In this document: positions 44,809-56,900 of the stretch, in pieces | Layout: every line of letters begins with the position of its first letter | Numbering within the stretch: position 1 is the stretch's first letter | Assembly: GCF_964204645.1 (NCBI RefSeq) | Contig: NC_134026.1 | Span: 767,950-831,949 of the forward strand | Direction: 5' to 3' | DNA length: 64,000 bases | Source: Tubulanus polymorphus | Taxonomy: Eukaryota; Animalia; Nemertea | The notes under the pieces: generated by a model | The model's database searches: none | Seen by the model: the letters and a program-made list of their open reading frames with translations, nothing else | What the model was told of the DNA's origin: nothing | Program-made: the position numbers and the translations under genes

Positions 44809-46511
44809 CTATCTGCTGCCACCAGACTTCAGCACCACTCATAAGTCAGATATTTATCACCAATTAAACATTTATTTGCTAAACAAACAAGCCCAATCCT
44901 GGGCTTCCACACAATTTGTCAAAGAAAATATTTTTTATGAAAATGTAATACAAAATTAATTATCTATTTACAATTACTGGTAGGGCTCAGCAGTATGATA
45001 GCCTCAGATTGTCACGAAGAGAGACAAATTATTATATTGAAATCTTTACATAATATACTAATACATAAGAAACTATTTTATATATTTTGATAATACAGCA
45101 GTTATGAAGAGTGAGACTGAAATGATTATTGCAGTATCTATATACGGGGTGCAGCCACAGATTTGTCATAATTTGTCTGAATTTGGCGTGCATATTTTTA
45201 ACCGATCATCCGCTCCGCTAGCCATGAGGCTTGCGTGAGGGTGAAAGTATTGATATTCTGACACTCAATACACTTTTTTCCTTACACTTTCTAAACTTCC
45301 TTCCGCGAAGCGACGCCTAAGGCTGGCTTAATGTCGACGCCTAGACCAACGCAACCGGCCGGATAATCCCCGATTAGCACCACATAAACTCAGCGTTTTC
45401 AAACTTCGAAGCATTTTCAAACTTCAAAAGAAAAGATGCCATTGACCGCAATTCAAGAATGGCCAGTGACCTACCTGCCATACCTTTTGAAATCATTCCC
45501 CGAAGCTTTTGTTATCGGTGATGCAACCAATCACCGGCTACGAATTTTAAGGGGGTCAGTTAAAAACTGGTGGGCGCTCCTACAAGTTGTCATTACACTT
45601 GGAAATTCTACACGGCGAAGAAGTCTCTGTCGCCGGATATTGCTCAGATAGGACACGTTTTAGAAAAAGAGAATTTTCATTAGGTTGTAAAAAACGCAGC
45701 TGAGCTGATAAACTATTTGTTATTAATACAACTTGATTTTGGCAACAGGACACGGAATTCAAAAATGACTTTAAGATTGACTCTTAAATAAAAGGATTAT
45801 ATTTTCAAATTGCTGCTTCATCCGCGTTACAAGGTTGCTGTAAGGTAGGTGGAACATTTATTTAACATTAGCGGTCGAAATTATGTTTTATAGATTTAGA
45901 TTTAGGAAAAAATAGTTGCACTTTAGGTTAGGGTTAGGTTAGGTTTAATCAACAGGTACCGGTACCCAGTCTTACAGCTTCATGGAAGATACAACAGACT
46001 CGCCTGAAAAACATGAGCGGTCCGAATTGAATAAGGTAGGACATATTTCAGCGTGGACTTATCAACTAGAGTTGATACGTCCATGATTTCAGTGAGAAGA
46101 AAAAGACCCCCCGGGCCATAGAAGATCGAACCCGAAGTTGAATGACGATGACAGAGTGGCTTGAAAAAATTCAGGTGCGACTTGTATGACATGTCTAATA
46201 GTTCTTGTAGATAAATAGAATTGATAGAATTTATGTTAGTTCTAACTATTTATTTAACCCTCAATTAAAACATAATTTCAACCGTTAATTCTTATGTATT
46301 TTGAATATGTTTCACAATTATCCAACAACCCCACCCTCACCCCTCCCCTTAAAACGAAGCTTGCATGATTTTGTGGGTTAAGCGTGACTTTGGCAGGATG
46401 AGGAATTGACGATTTGGACTTGAAAACTTTTTTCTACATATAGTGATACAAATATAAAACAATAGAAAAATATACAATATTACACATTAAAATGATTTTC
46501 AAATGATTTTT

Positions 46512-46710
46512 CACGCGCCATTTTATTTTGAAGTAATCTCGCGCCATTTTTTCGAAGTCTCATCTCGCACCATTTTATTTTTCATCTCGCGCCATTTTAT
46601 TTGGCGGTAATCTCGCGCCATTTTATTTGGCGGTAATCTCGCGCAGTTTTATTTGGAGGTAATCTCGCGCCATTTTATTTTGAAGTAATCTATCTCGCGC
46701 CATTTTATTT
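46512..46710. repeat. Minisatellite, 8 units of ~26 bp with core CTCGCGCCATTTTATTT
   Basis: Units start near 46514, 46538, 46564, 46586, 46612, 46638, 46664 and 46694. Confidence 0.9.
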
Positions 46711-46747
46711 GTCTTTTTGCGCTTCCCAGATACATAACTTATTTTGT

Positions 46748-47108
46748 TGTTCTGTAATTAATCATATATCAACTCACTCAGTTATGCGTATGTATTGTAA
46801 TATGTATTTTATTATGTATTGTACCATGTATTATATCATGTATTGTATTATGTATTGTTCCATTTATTGTAATATGATATGTATTTTACCATGTATTGTA
46901 TTATGTATTGTAATATGTATCGTATTATGTATTTGTAATTACTCTTCTAACTCGGTTCTCTCTAATTAGTGTCAGTCTGCCTATAAATACTGATTAGTAG
47001 CGAAAGCTTGTGCGTCAAATAAACCTATATTGTATACTTATACTTGTCTCGTTATAATTATTTTAAACCCGGTTTATACCCCAGGCTCCTCTACGGAATA
47101 AGGGAACA
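46748..47108 (+). mobile_element. Possible solo LTR
   Basis: TGTTC...GAACA ends with flanks ttgt/tcgt. Internal 12-bp ATGTATTGTAWT repeat (46789-46938), TATAAATA at 46982 and AATAAA near 47018, in U3-R-U5 order. No PBS, PPT or internal domain seen. Confidence 0.3.
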
Positions 47109-48485
47109 TCGTGTTTTAATTCCTGATTCGGACCCACTGTCGCAGCCTTTGTCAGTGGACACAGGACAACTCGGGCTGGATTCGAACCCTAGAAAGCAGC
47201 AGGCCCATTTCTCTTGGACATTGAGGAAAACTTCTAAGACTAAGATTCGATTTTCAGCCTTCTTTGACGAAGAGAACTTCAGTGGGACAATACTCAGAAT
47301 TCGAACTTGTGGAATGAACCTGTTTTGGAATTTTCTGCGAAAGCTTCATTTTTCTAGAGGAAAATAAATCAATTTCATATCGGTAACTATTACGACGAGT
47401 GATAGGAAAAATTGTGCCGAAATTGAAGGTGTTGAAACAAACACAGCTAACCTACACGGCTGTCTGGAATCAGTTCTTTTGGGATTTGCAGAAAATTCCG
47501 AAACATTTTCATTCCGAGGAGACTGAAATGGACTGGTGACCCACGTATGCTGGGTGAACTTTGGTTATCGGAGTTAGTCGCGACTATAGTCGAACTAAGT
47601 GAAACCGAATGTCAGTTAGTCGGAACCATAGTCTGCAAATAGTTCGGAAATAAAGCGCATTCGGTTATTAGTTCCGACCACTAGTCGACTAGATACGAGA
47701 ACTGAATTTGGCCCTTACTGAGGAACTAGGATTCTGACCCGGCGGACAAGACCATCAGCCAGGAACAAAATAGTCCCGACCAGTCTGACCAGTGTGTGGT
47801 CGGCGGATGAGGGAGGATTAATGTACAAGGCAAGCAACATCGGAGCCTCGCTCGGAAGGTCTCCACTGAAGGCGCTGCGATGCACTAATCTCGGTAAGTC
47901 AAAAGGTGTTTTTATTTAAGCAACTCGAATCAACACGACTTACGCATGCGCAACAAAGTACCGACCTGGTGTGAAAAAAAAAATTCTCGGCGGGGTAGTC
48001 TAGAGAGGCCAATGAAAACGCCGGTTTGCTGAACTACCCCCCTTTGCGGGATTGCGGTATGATGTTTGATCCGACAGTTTTAAGCGGTTAATGGCTGTTT
48101 CAAGTGCTTACATGATGCTAATTACTTCGTGGTACATGGTGGTTTAAAAAATGATTTCATAATAATCACCGCGTGGGCTTCGTAGAAAGACCACTGCCTG
48201 TGGCCTTCCCAAATTTTAATTGTCCTGTCCGATTTGGTTTCGTCCAATTGAGAGACTGCCTTTTCCAGTTAGGGCATTTTTGGATCACATAACTCAGGAA
48301 ATGACTTACGCTTTTGGGCCCCTTCGTCGGTTCCACATGTTTCATTTGAGCCATAGACCACAATGGTGACACCATGATGGTCAGAGACTGACCAATTGAG
48401 ATATCCCCGAGTCTTACCACTTGACTTCGAATTTCGGAAATTTTTCAAGTCATGTTTGTTTTCAAACTACTGAAGAGTCATTGCA

Positions 48486-48702
48486 AATTCATAAACTGAC
48501 CATCACTGATCACCACTGACAAATTCAAACTCCTTGAATTTGAAAACTATATACCGCGTTATGGTGTCAAACTCGAAAGGATTCGCCATGAATATTGAGA
48601 ATTCATAATTGACCATCACTGACCACCACTGACCAATTCATGCTTCTCGAATATGAGAACGATATACCACGTTACGGTGTCAAACTAGAAAGGATTCGCC
48701 AT
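48486..48702. repeat. Tandem duplication, ~113 bp period
   Basis: aattcata..tgaccatcactga.caccactgac.aattca...tatacc.cgtta.ggtgtcaaact.gaaaggattcgccat occurs twice. Confidence 0.9.
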
Positions 48703-48706
48703 CATG

Positions 48707-50652
48707 ACACCCTGTACATCCTCTATTCAGCATCAGGACCTCTCTGAATCATCATCAGTAATTACTGGGTTCGAACCCGGGACATCCCCGTACATCCTCT
48801 ATTCAGCATCAGTACCGCTCTGAATCAGTTATCAGTAATTACTTTTGTTAAGATATCAACATTTAACCGTACGGTGCTGTCTCTATGCTCATCGTTAGCG
48901 GGATTTTTATACACTAACGTTAGTCAACTCTGGCAAGCTAAGGTCACGGAGTATAACTGGACAGCACGTCGATTGCCAGAGTTGACTTTAGTTAGTGTAT
49001 GAAAATCCCGCTAACGATGAGCATAGCGGCAGCACTGTACGGTCGAGACACCCCTGTACATCCTTTATTCAGCATCAGGACAACTCTGAATCAGTATCAG
49101 TAATTACTGGGTTTGAACCCGGGACACCCCTGTACATCCTCTATTCAGCATCAGTACCGCTCTGAATCAGTTATCAGTAATTACTTTTGTTAAGATATCA
49201 ACATTTAACCGTACGGTGCTGTTTCTATGCTCATCGTTAGCGGGATTTTTATACACTAACGTTAGTCAACTCTGGCAAGCTAAGGTCACAGAGTATAACT
49301 GGACAGCACGTCGATTGCCAGAGTGGACTTTAGTTAGTGTATGAAAATCCCGCTAACGATGAGCATAGCGGCAGCACTGTACGGTCGAGACACCCCTGTA
49401 CATCCTTTATTCAGCATCAGGACAACTCTGAATCAGTATCAGTAATTACTGGGTTTGAACCCGGGACACCCCTGTACATCCTCTATTCAGCATCAGTACC
49501 GCTCTGAATCAGTTATCAGTAATTACTTTTGTTAAGATATCAACATTTTACCGTACGGTGCTGCCTCTATGCTCATCGTTAGCGGGATTTTTATACACTA
49601 ACGTTAGTCAACTCTGGCAAGCTAAGGTCACGGAGTATAACTGGACAGCACGTCGATTGCCAGAGTTGACTTTAGTTAGTGTATGAAAATCCCGCTAACG
49701 ATGAGCATAGCGGCAGCACTGTACGGTCGAGACACCCCTGTACATCCTTTATTCAGCATCAGGACAACTCTGAATCAGTATCAGTAATTACTGGGTTTGA
49801 ACCCGGGACACCCCTGTACATCCTCTATTCAGCATCAGTACCGCTCTGAATCAGTTATCAGTAATTACTTTTGTTAAGATATCAACATTTAACCGTACGG
49901 TGCTGTTTCTATGCTCATCGTTAGCGGGATTTTTATACACTAACGTTAGTCAACTCTGGCAAGCTAAGGTCACGGAGTATAACTGGACAGCACGTCGATT
50001 GCCAGAGTGGACTTTAGTTAGTGTATGAAAATCCCGCTAACGATGAGCATAGCGGCAGCACTGTACGGTCGAGACACCCCTGTACATCCTTTATTCAGCA
50101 TCAGGACAACTCTGAATCAGTATCAGTAATTACTTGGTTCGAACCTGGAACACCCCTGTTCATCCTTTATCCATCACGACCACTCTGAATCACAGTAATT
50201 GATGGGTTTGAACCCGGGACACCCCTGTACATCCTTTATTCAGCATCAGGACCACTCTGAATCAGTATCAGTAATTACTGGGTTTTGAATCCGGAATACC
50301 CCTGTACATCCTCTATTCAGCATCAGAACCACTCTGAATCAGCATCAGTAATTACTGGATTCGAACCCGGGATACCCCTGTACATCCTCTATTCAGCATT
50401 AGGACCACTCTGAATCAGTATCAGTAATTACTGGATTCGCAACCGGGATACCCCTGTACATCCTCTATTCAGCATCAGGACCCTCTGAATCAGTATCAGT
50501 AATTACTGGGTTCGAACCCGGGACACCCCTGTTCATCCTTTATCCATCAGTACCACTCTGAATCAGTATCATTAATTACTGGGTTTGAACCCGGGACTCC
50601 CCCGTACATCCTCTATTCAGCATCAGGACCACTCTGAATCAGTATCATTAAT
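48707..50652. repeat. Higher-order satellite: ~16 monomers of ~75 bp with four 178-bp hairpins at a 342-bp period
   Basis: Monomer gacacccctgtacatcctctattcagcatcaggaccactctgaatcagtatcagtaattactgggttcgaacccgg. Hairpins at 48866-49043, 49208-49385, 49550-49727 and 49892-50069. Confidence 0.95.
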
Positions 50653-51369
50653 TGTGGATATCTAAGCCATTTGTTAATGAGCAATTTGTCCTAGCTATAT
50701 ATATGATAATTGTCAGTTAATCCATTATCATAGCGCAAAACAAGGCACAAAGTATGGCTCTGGGGAATGATTTGAATCAATTTAAGCTTTGTTTCATTCT
50801 AGATTTGTCATAGTGCTGAGACGTAATCATAGTTTCTAAAAGATCCACAGTCCATAGTTTTTTCCCCATATTACACCAGATCTCGATAGAGCCCTAGACA
50901 CTATTTTATACATCTTTCCGCGGAGAAATTCATTAATGCAATGGGTAAAGCAGCATATGATATATACTGTGAAGTGCCTGAATGTTTATAAATGTATCAA
51001 TATACTATTCGTAAAAAAATCTATTAACTGATGATAAAGTTTAATTGATATATATCTTTACAAGTAAAGCCAGCCTAAATGTATACGGGGCCCTAAAATA
51101 TCTACACCAGAAGAATTTCTCGTCAAACATTATAAGATATTGAATGATTGCTAATATCTAAGCGATTGGTTAATTAGTAAATTGTCCTATCTCTATATCT
51201 TGATTGTCAGTTAAACAATTGTCATACGAGGCCGGAAATATCTACGGTACATTCGAAAAATTTCAAATGTCACATAAGATAATGAATTTACCTTAATTGT
51301 ACACACTTAAAAAAATCGGAATTAATAACTGACCAATCTTCATTTTAATTATCAACCAAAGTAGGCCTA
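50648..51369 (+). repeat. ~720 bp direct repeat, copy 1 (copy 2 at 58941-59666)
   Basis: Nearly identical from ttaatt.tggatatctaagccatttgttaatgagc to ccaaagtaggccta. Confidence 0.95.
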
Positions 51370-52619
51370 AAATTGATTTTTGAATCGTAGTTAGGCCCGC
51401 TGTACTTCTGGCTGGTCATAGCGTCAACAACTGTCAACGGGCCCAGTGTAACTCACAAAGTCGTATTGGTTTTTTGGCGTTGATATAATCACATTACATA
51501 AGCATGTCTTCCGAACGTGTAAAAGCTTGTCAGCGGACCAGTTGGTGGGATTATTTATTGGATGAAGTAGATTGCAAGAATAAAACACAGGGGCTCGTAT
51601 CAGAGTTGTAGGTAGTGTAAAAACGATAATCTGTTAATCCAGTGTCTACATGTATAATGTATATAAAATAACAATATACAAGCCCCTGGGGAATAAAATA
51701 CCATTGGGATCCCTGAGTGAAACTGATTGGTCAACAACAATACCCAGCGCCCAGTTTCATAACCCTTAAATCGATTTAGGCCTCAATCCAAGAGTTGCTA
51801 TATTTAACTTAACACATTTCAAAATCAATCATATTTATTCTCATACAACAATCATACGAAATGCCAGGAGTGCTCGAGGAATTATAACGTAAGCTCCTCA
51901 AACACGTGGACTTTCAAAAACAACTAGTCCAACCACCATAGGCGTATAAACTATAAACGAGAGTTTATACGCTCATGGTCCAAACATAGACTCTAAAACA
52001 AAAAAGTCTATGGCCCAACCATGGACTCTTAAACTGTAAAAGTCCATGGCTCCCCGCACTAAAACCAGAGATAAACCTGGCCAAATACTCTGGAAAGCGT
52101 AGGATTAAGTAATCAATCTGATTTACATTTTTACATCATTTTATTTTCACATATCATATTATTAACTTTTAGCTTATTTTCTCAAATTCTAATAGTAATT
52201 TTATTTCTATTACTATGAATGAAATTGTAATAACTCTAAACCACAAAAGTAACATGTAAAGTATTTCGAAGTTTTAATATACAATACATCTCCACTACTA
52301 CTGATTTTATACAATTTGCATCAATAGGAAAATAACAAAAATACACAAAGAATGATAAACTTTTATCCATAAAACACAGAAAATTGGACTAGTCTGAAAG
52401 TCTTAGATTATGAATTTGACAATTCATGAGGTCAATACAACCGACACTTTGTTATATTTCATGAAATATGAACCTATCATGTCAACTTTTCAAATGACAT
52501 TTGATTATCAAGAAAAAGCTCAACTAGATTCGATACGACCTTAATTCCGCGTTTTAAGAACAATTGACTTGAACATTTCGTTTTTGATTTTAAACAGTCT
52601 TTGATTTAATTTTCAATAA

Positions 52620-53230
52620 CATTATTTTAAAAGATAACTAGAGTTTTGCCACCTTTGCCTTGTCTTTCAGAGATTTTCAGACATGATCAAATTGGTTATT
52701 TTCTCAAATGTTACATTTAATGCAAAGTATTTTGGAGGCATTCTCTTCTATGCATTCAGCAAGATAAATCGAGTATATAAATATTTTTCAACTGCCAATT
52801 TGAACACAGCTAGGTCAATTACTAATAACTTATTGCTTAGATATCTACGATTAAGTTAGATTCAAGAATTTTTTGAGGTGCTTCTCGTGCAGATATTTCA
52901 GGACCCATATAGACATTGTTAAGCCATGATTTTAGAGTCCATATATAGCTAGCACAATTTACTGATTAATACTGTTCATATATCCTCATTAATCAAGAGA
53001 ATGCTCCTCTATTTTGCTCCTCCATTTTCCATAAGGACCTTAATATAAATAGTATTTTATGAACCACTGATAAGCACCACAGTGAAATTGTTGCTATAAA
53101 ACTTAACAACTGAAAAGTTTTAACATGAATGATGAAAATGTACATTGTTTTATTCACACAACAATAATATCTTAATCGAGGGATCATTAAGCAAGTTCCT
53201 AATTTACAAACACGTGAACTGTATTACAAT
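52620..53230 (-). mobile_element. Highly decayed LINE (L2/CR1-group-like) 3' ORF remnant
   Basis: Interrupted minus-strand peptides IRNLLND and WRSKIEEHS resemble the region downstream of RT in such LINEs; many stops and frameshifts. Confidence 0.3.
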
Positions 53231-54199
53231 AACAGTCTCTAACATAAAGCGTTAAAACTAGAGATGAAACATACTGATTCACTCCAGAAATCTTGGAGTA
53301 TCAATTGATCATTCTTAATTTCTTTTTCGTAAACATTACTTTCACTTGAAAACTATAATTTTGCCAACTTTGCCCCGACTTAAAGATTTTCAAACACCTT
53401 GGCATTAAATACTATTTATTCTGACGTTTTTTCTTCCAGTTTCGAAAACATCAACATAATTATACAATCGGTAACTAATCAATAACATCAATAACTTAAG
53501 TTTACAGCTGTTTTAAATTCTTTCTAAGAAGTAAAATGTATGTACATGATTTTAGATAGTAAGTCTGCCCCGTAAGTCTACCCCAGTATAACAATAAACA
53601 GACACAGCAGTGATTGAGCGCAGCTAGTTCTAAGGACGGGTCGATCTTTCATCACAGTTATTCAAAGCATTCTATCATATCAGTTATTTTTTTAAGTGTA
53701 TTCGATTTAGTTAAGGTTTATAGTTATTTGTTTTGTTTATTACAATAACTGAGTTGATAGAATGCTAAAAACAACAACAGAAAAGATCTCGGGTTTTCGC
53801 TATACTTAGGGAAGGTTGTTCGATAAATGAGCAAACCTTATTGATAAATATTTGAAAAAATGCCTTTTCATGTAAATGGAGTATTAATTTGTTGTTTGTT
53901 TCTATTGTTGCTTATTATTATATCTATTTTTTTTAAATATTATTTATTTATTTATGAACTCGTATTTTGTATTATTTACTACCTATTATTTATAATTTTT
54001 TATTTATTGGTTTTTCTTATTTATTCATGTATTTGTTTTTTGTATCATGTATTATTTATACTCCTCTATTTACAACTGCAGGCATTTTTTCACAGTAAAG
54101 TTCTGGGCCCATTTTAAAAAAGCACTACTAATTCACTGCCGCTTCTTAATAATCATTATACACCCGATTTGAAGCTAAGTGATTATTCACGAGAGCCAT

Positions 54200-54510
54200 C
54201 TCGTGATATGGATCTACCCATTACAATAAAAGAAGTTCAAACAGCTATAAACAATGTTAAAACGTTCAAAATTAGTCCTAGCTATAACTTTAGCTTTACC
54301 TCTCAAATATAAATAATGGTCTCCTTTTAGATAAAGCTTTTGCTTTCAAATACGTAGCATCGAACAGATTGATGGAGGCTCAAAGTTAAAACTCCATGTG
54401 AAAATCGACATATATGATTCATTTCTCAAATTGGTTACACGGGCCTTCGAAAATATCAATGCCATCAAATTAGTACATCTACAATTCTGCAAATACTTAT
54501 TATTTGTACA
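54200..54510 (+). mobile_element. Decayed LINE reverse transcriptase fragments
   Basis: DLPITIKEVQTAINNVK (54211, pre-RT motif) and IKLVHLQFCKYLL (post-RT motif typical of L2/Crack-like LINEs). Confidence 0.55.
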
Positions 54511-56239
54511 TAGAACGTTATGTTCTATGTTTCCTAACCGTGTGATATCTACAGGGCAAAGCCACTGTATTGACTCTGTTTAACTATGGTAAGCACAATA
54601 AAACTTACAATATCATGTTGAAACTATATCTCAGTTTAGGCGTTAACTCAACAGACCTACGACTCAAAACTAGGCGCTCGACGCGACCATACTCCTAGTG
54701 ACTAACCAACTCGACTTATCTATCAACCTAAGATCGAAGACCAATATCGTGAATTAATGGAGCTTAGCTTTTATTAGACTCTAAGAAGGATATTTCTGTC
54801 ACATTGCAAAACACATGACACATCTTTTTACAAACTCATTATAAAATAGTTTTCTCTATATTGAAATATTCAAACGTAGAGTTCCTTTCTCAGGCCTAAG
54901 GAACCTAATTATCTAACTAATTATCTAACTATTTTCAATATTCGACTCAACAATTATTTTCATACTCCATTCCACGCAATCAGGTAAATTTTTTAAACTA
55001 TGTTACCTATCAGACTGGTCTGAAAAAGGGCGATATTAGTAAAAAAATCAATACTTTACTACAGAGGTCTTTGCCGCTGCTAGATCTCAGTGTTCATGAG
55101 TTAAACCATTGTCTTTGCTGCTTCGGTGTTTATCCTGAATCAGATTTTATAAGATAATCCATTGTCTTTGCTGCGCGAATCAGTGTTTATAAGATACACT
55201 ATCATCTCTGCTGCTCCTGATAAAATGTTTTATAGAAATCAACCACTGATTGTAGAAGATTCCATCGTTGAGTGATTAATCCGTACTGGCTCCTAAACTT
55301 CTCATCTGGGCTTCTGCAGTTTTCATCAGCAAATGGGTCAATGGGTATTTGTCTACTTGTGTCTTCTTCAGGCCATTATTTCCGGGATGTAGTTTGACTG
55401 AAACAAAGTGAAGAAAGCAAAACATTTTAGACAGATTTATCATAACTTACATGTCATTTCAAATTACAAGCCACCGTGTTTTTCACTTAGTTTATATAGT
55501 AATTTCCAAAATCAGAATTAGGTTCATTGACGTCAATTGCCGATTTAAACCCCAATAAATAATTACAGTAGTAGGACTAGTTCATCAATGTTTAAGCTTG
55601 GAGTAATCATTTGAAAAATTTATTACTCCAAGGTGTAAGACTAGTAAAGATAAAAGTTCTAAGATCAGCCATGTGGACAGGTAAATAGATTTCGATGATA
55701 ATCACTTATCAAATGATATTCATATGAGGCCTGAAATTTCTATATACCGGTAATTTCCATCTAATGAGTTTGATTCTTCTGTGGGTTGTTCAAATCCGTA
55801 GATTTCATTCAGATGAGTAGTTGATTTTATGCTGGTCTCTTTCTTATAGTTGAAACTTAGCTGCAATGAGTAAATAAATATATCCTGTAATCAAGACATT
55901 TAGAAATCATCGTAATAACTCCATGTATATCAAGTTACCTTTTATGATTGCTGGTTTCATCATCGACGAGGATCTCCTAAGTCGGTTGGTTTCTGTGCAC
56001 TGTTTTCTCTAATTGGCAGATTTTTGATGAGTTGTTGACCTCAAGCTCTCGTTTGACTTTTCGAGTTGGTGTCCCTTACAAACCTACCACACCTGCTGGG
56101 AGCGATACAGCGGTTTTTTTAAAATCGGAAATCGAAGTACAGATATAGTTGCGTGATCGGCGGTCGTTTTTACAGATCTTTTTTTTTAAGTCCAAGAACA
56201 TAATTGGTAATTCGGTTCCGGTTCATTCAAACAATCTTT

Positions 56240-56900
56240 TATTCTGCCTAATTCTGATTTTGGAAATTACTTTATTGTTGAAGAAAAATTTACAATATTT
56301 GGTCTTTTTTTAATGGAACTAGTCCGAAAGTTTACAATGTTTAATAATTTTGTCTAACTTCAATTTTTTTGGTCGTTTTCATCGTTTAAATAGTCGAAGC
56401 ACATATTAAGTTACTGATTGGGGTCTACTTTTTTTCTGCCTAATTTAATACATCGAGATTTGGGAAATAACTATATTTTACAATATTTGGTCTTTTTTTC
56501 ATGTAACTAGTCCGAAAGTTTACAAGGTTGAATAATTTTATCTATTTTTTTTCTGCCTAATTTAATACATCGAGATTTTGGAAATAACTATATTTTACAA
56601 TATTTGGTCTTTTTTTCATGTAACTAGTCCGAAAGTTTACAAGGTTGAATAATTTTATCTATTTTTTTTCTGCCTAATTTGATACATCAAGATTTGGGAA
56701 ATAACTATATTTTACAATATTTGGTCTTTTTTTCATGTAACTAGTCCGAAAGTTTACAAGGTTGAATAATTTTGTCTATTTTTTTCTGCCTAATTTAATA
56801 CATCGAGATTTTGGAAATAACTATATTTTACAATATTTGGTCTTTTTTTCATGTAACTAGTCCGAAAGTTTACAAGGTGGGAGAATTTTGTCTAACTTTA
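56240..56900. repeat. 117 bp tandem satellite (4 near-identical copies plus one diverged copy)
   Basis: ctgcctaat starts at 56436, 56553, 56670 and 56786; diverged copy near 56244. Confidence 0.95.

Larger units (their letters stand above)
44066..47998. mobile_element. Possible ~3.9 kb non-autonomous DNA transposon defined by inverted ends
   Basis: GAATTTTTTTTTCACACCAGGTC at 44084-44106 is inverted at 47963-47986; outer CTACCC/GGGTAG at 44066 and 47998. No transposase ORF inside. Confidence 0.45.

Noticed and set aside
46709-46969. Cys/Met/Tyr-rich ORF
   Set aside because: Translation of the 12-bp ATGTATTGT repeat.
50218-50600. Functional tRNA gene cluster
   Set aside because: A/B-box-like motifs are present, but I could not build acceptor, anticodon or full T stems.
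48707-50652. CRISPR array
   Set aside because: The inserts between repeats are copies of one sequence rather than unique spacers, the unit sizes are wrong, the context is eukaryotic and there are no cas genes.
48707-50652. Hammerhead-ribozyme (retrozyme) satellite
   Set aside because: The minus strand has CTGATGC (once CTGATGA) but no downstream stem II plus GAAA core.
53860-54117. Hydrophobic membrane-protein ORF
   Set aside because: Low-complexity T-rich sequence with no family motif.
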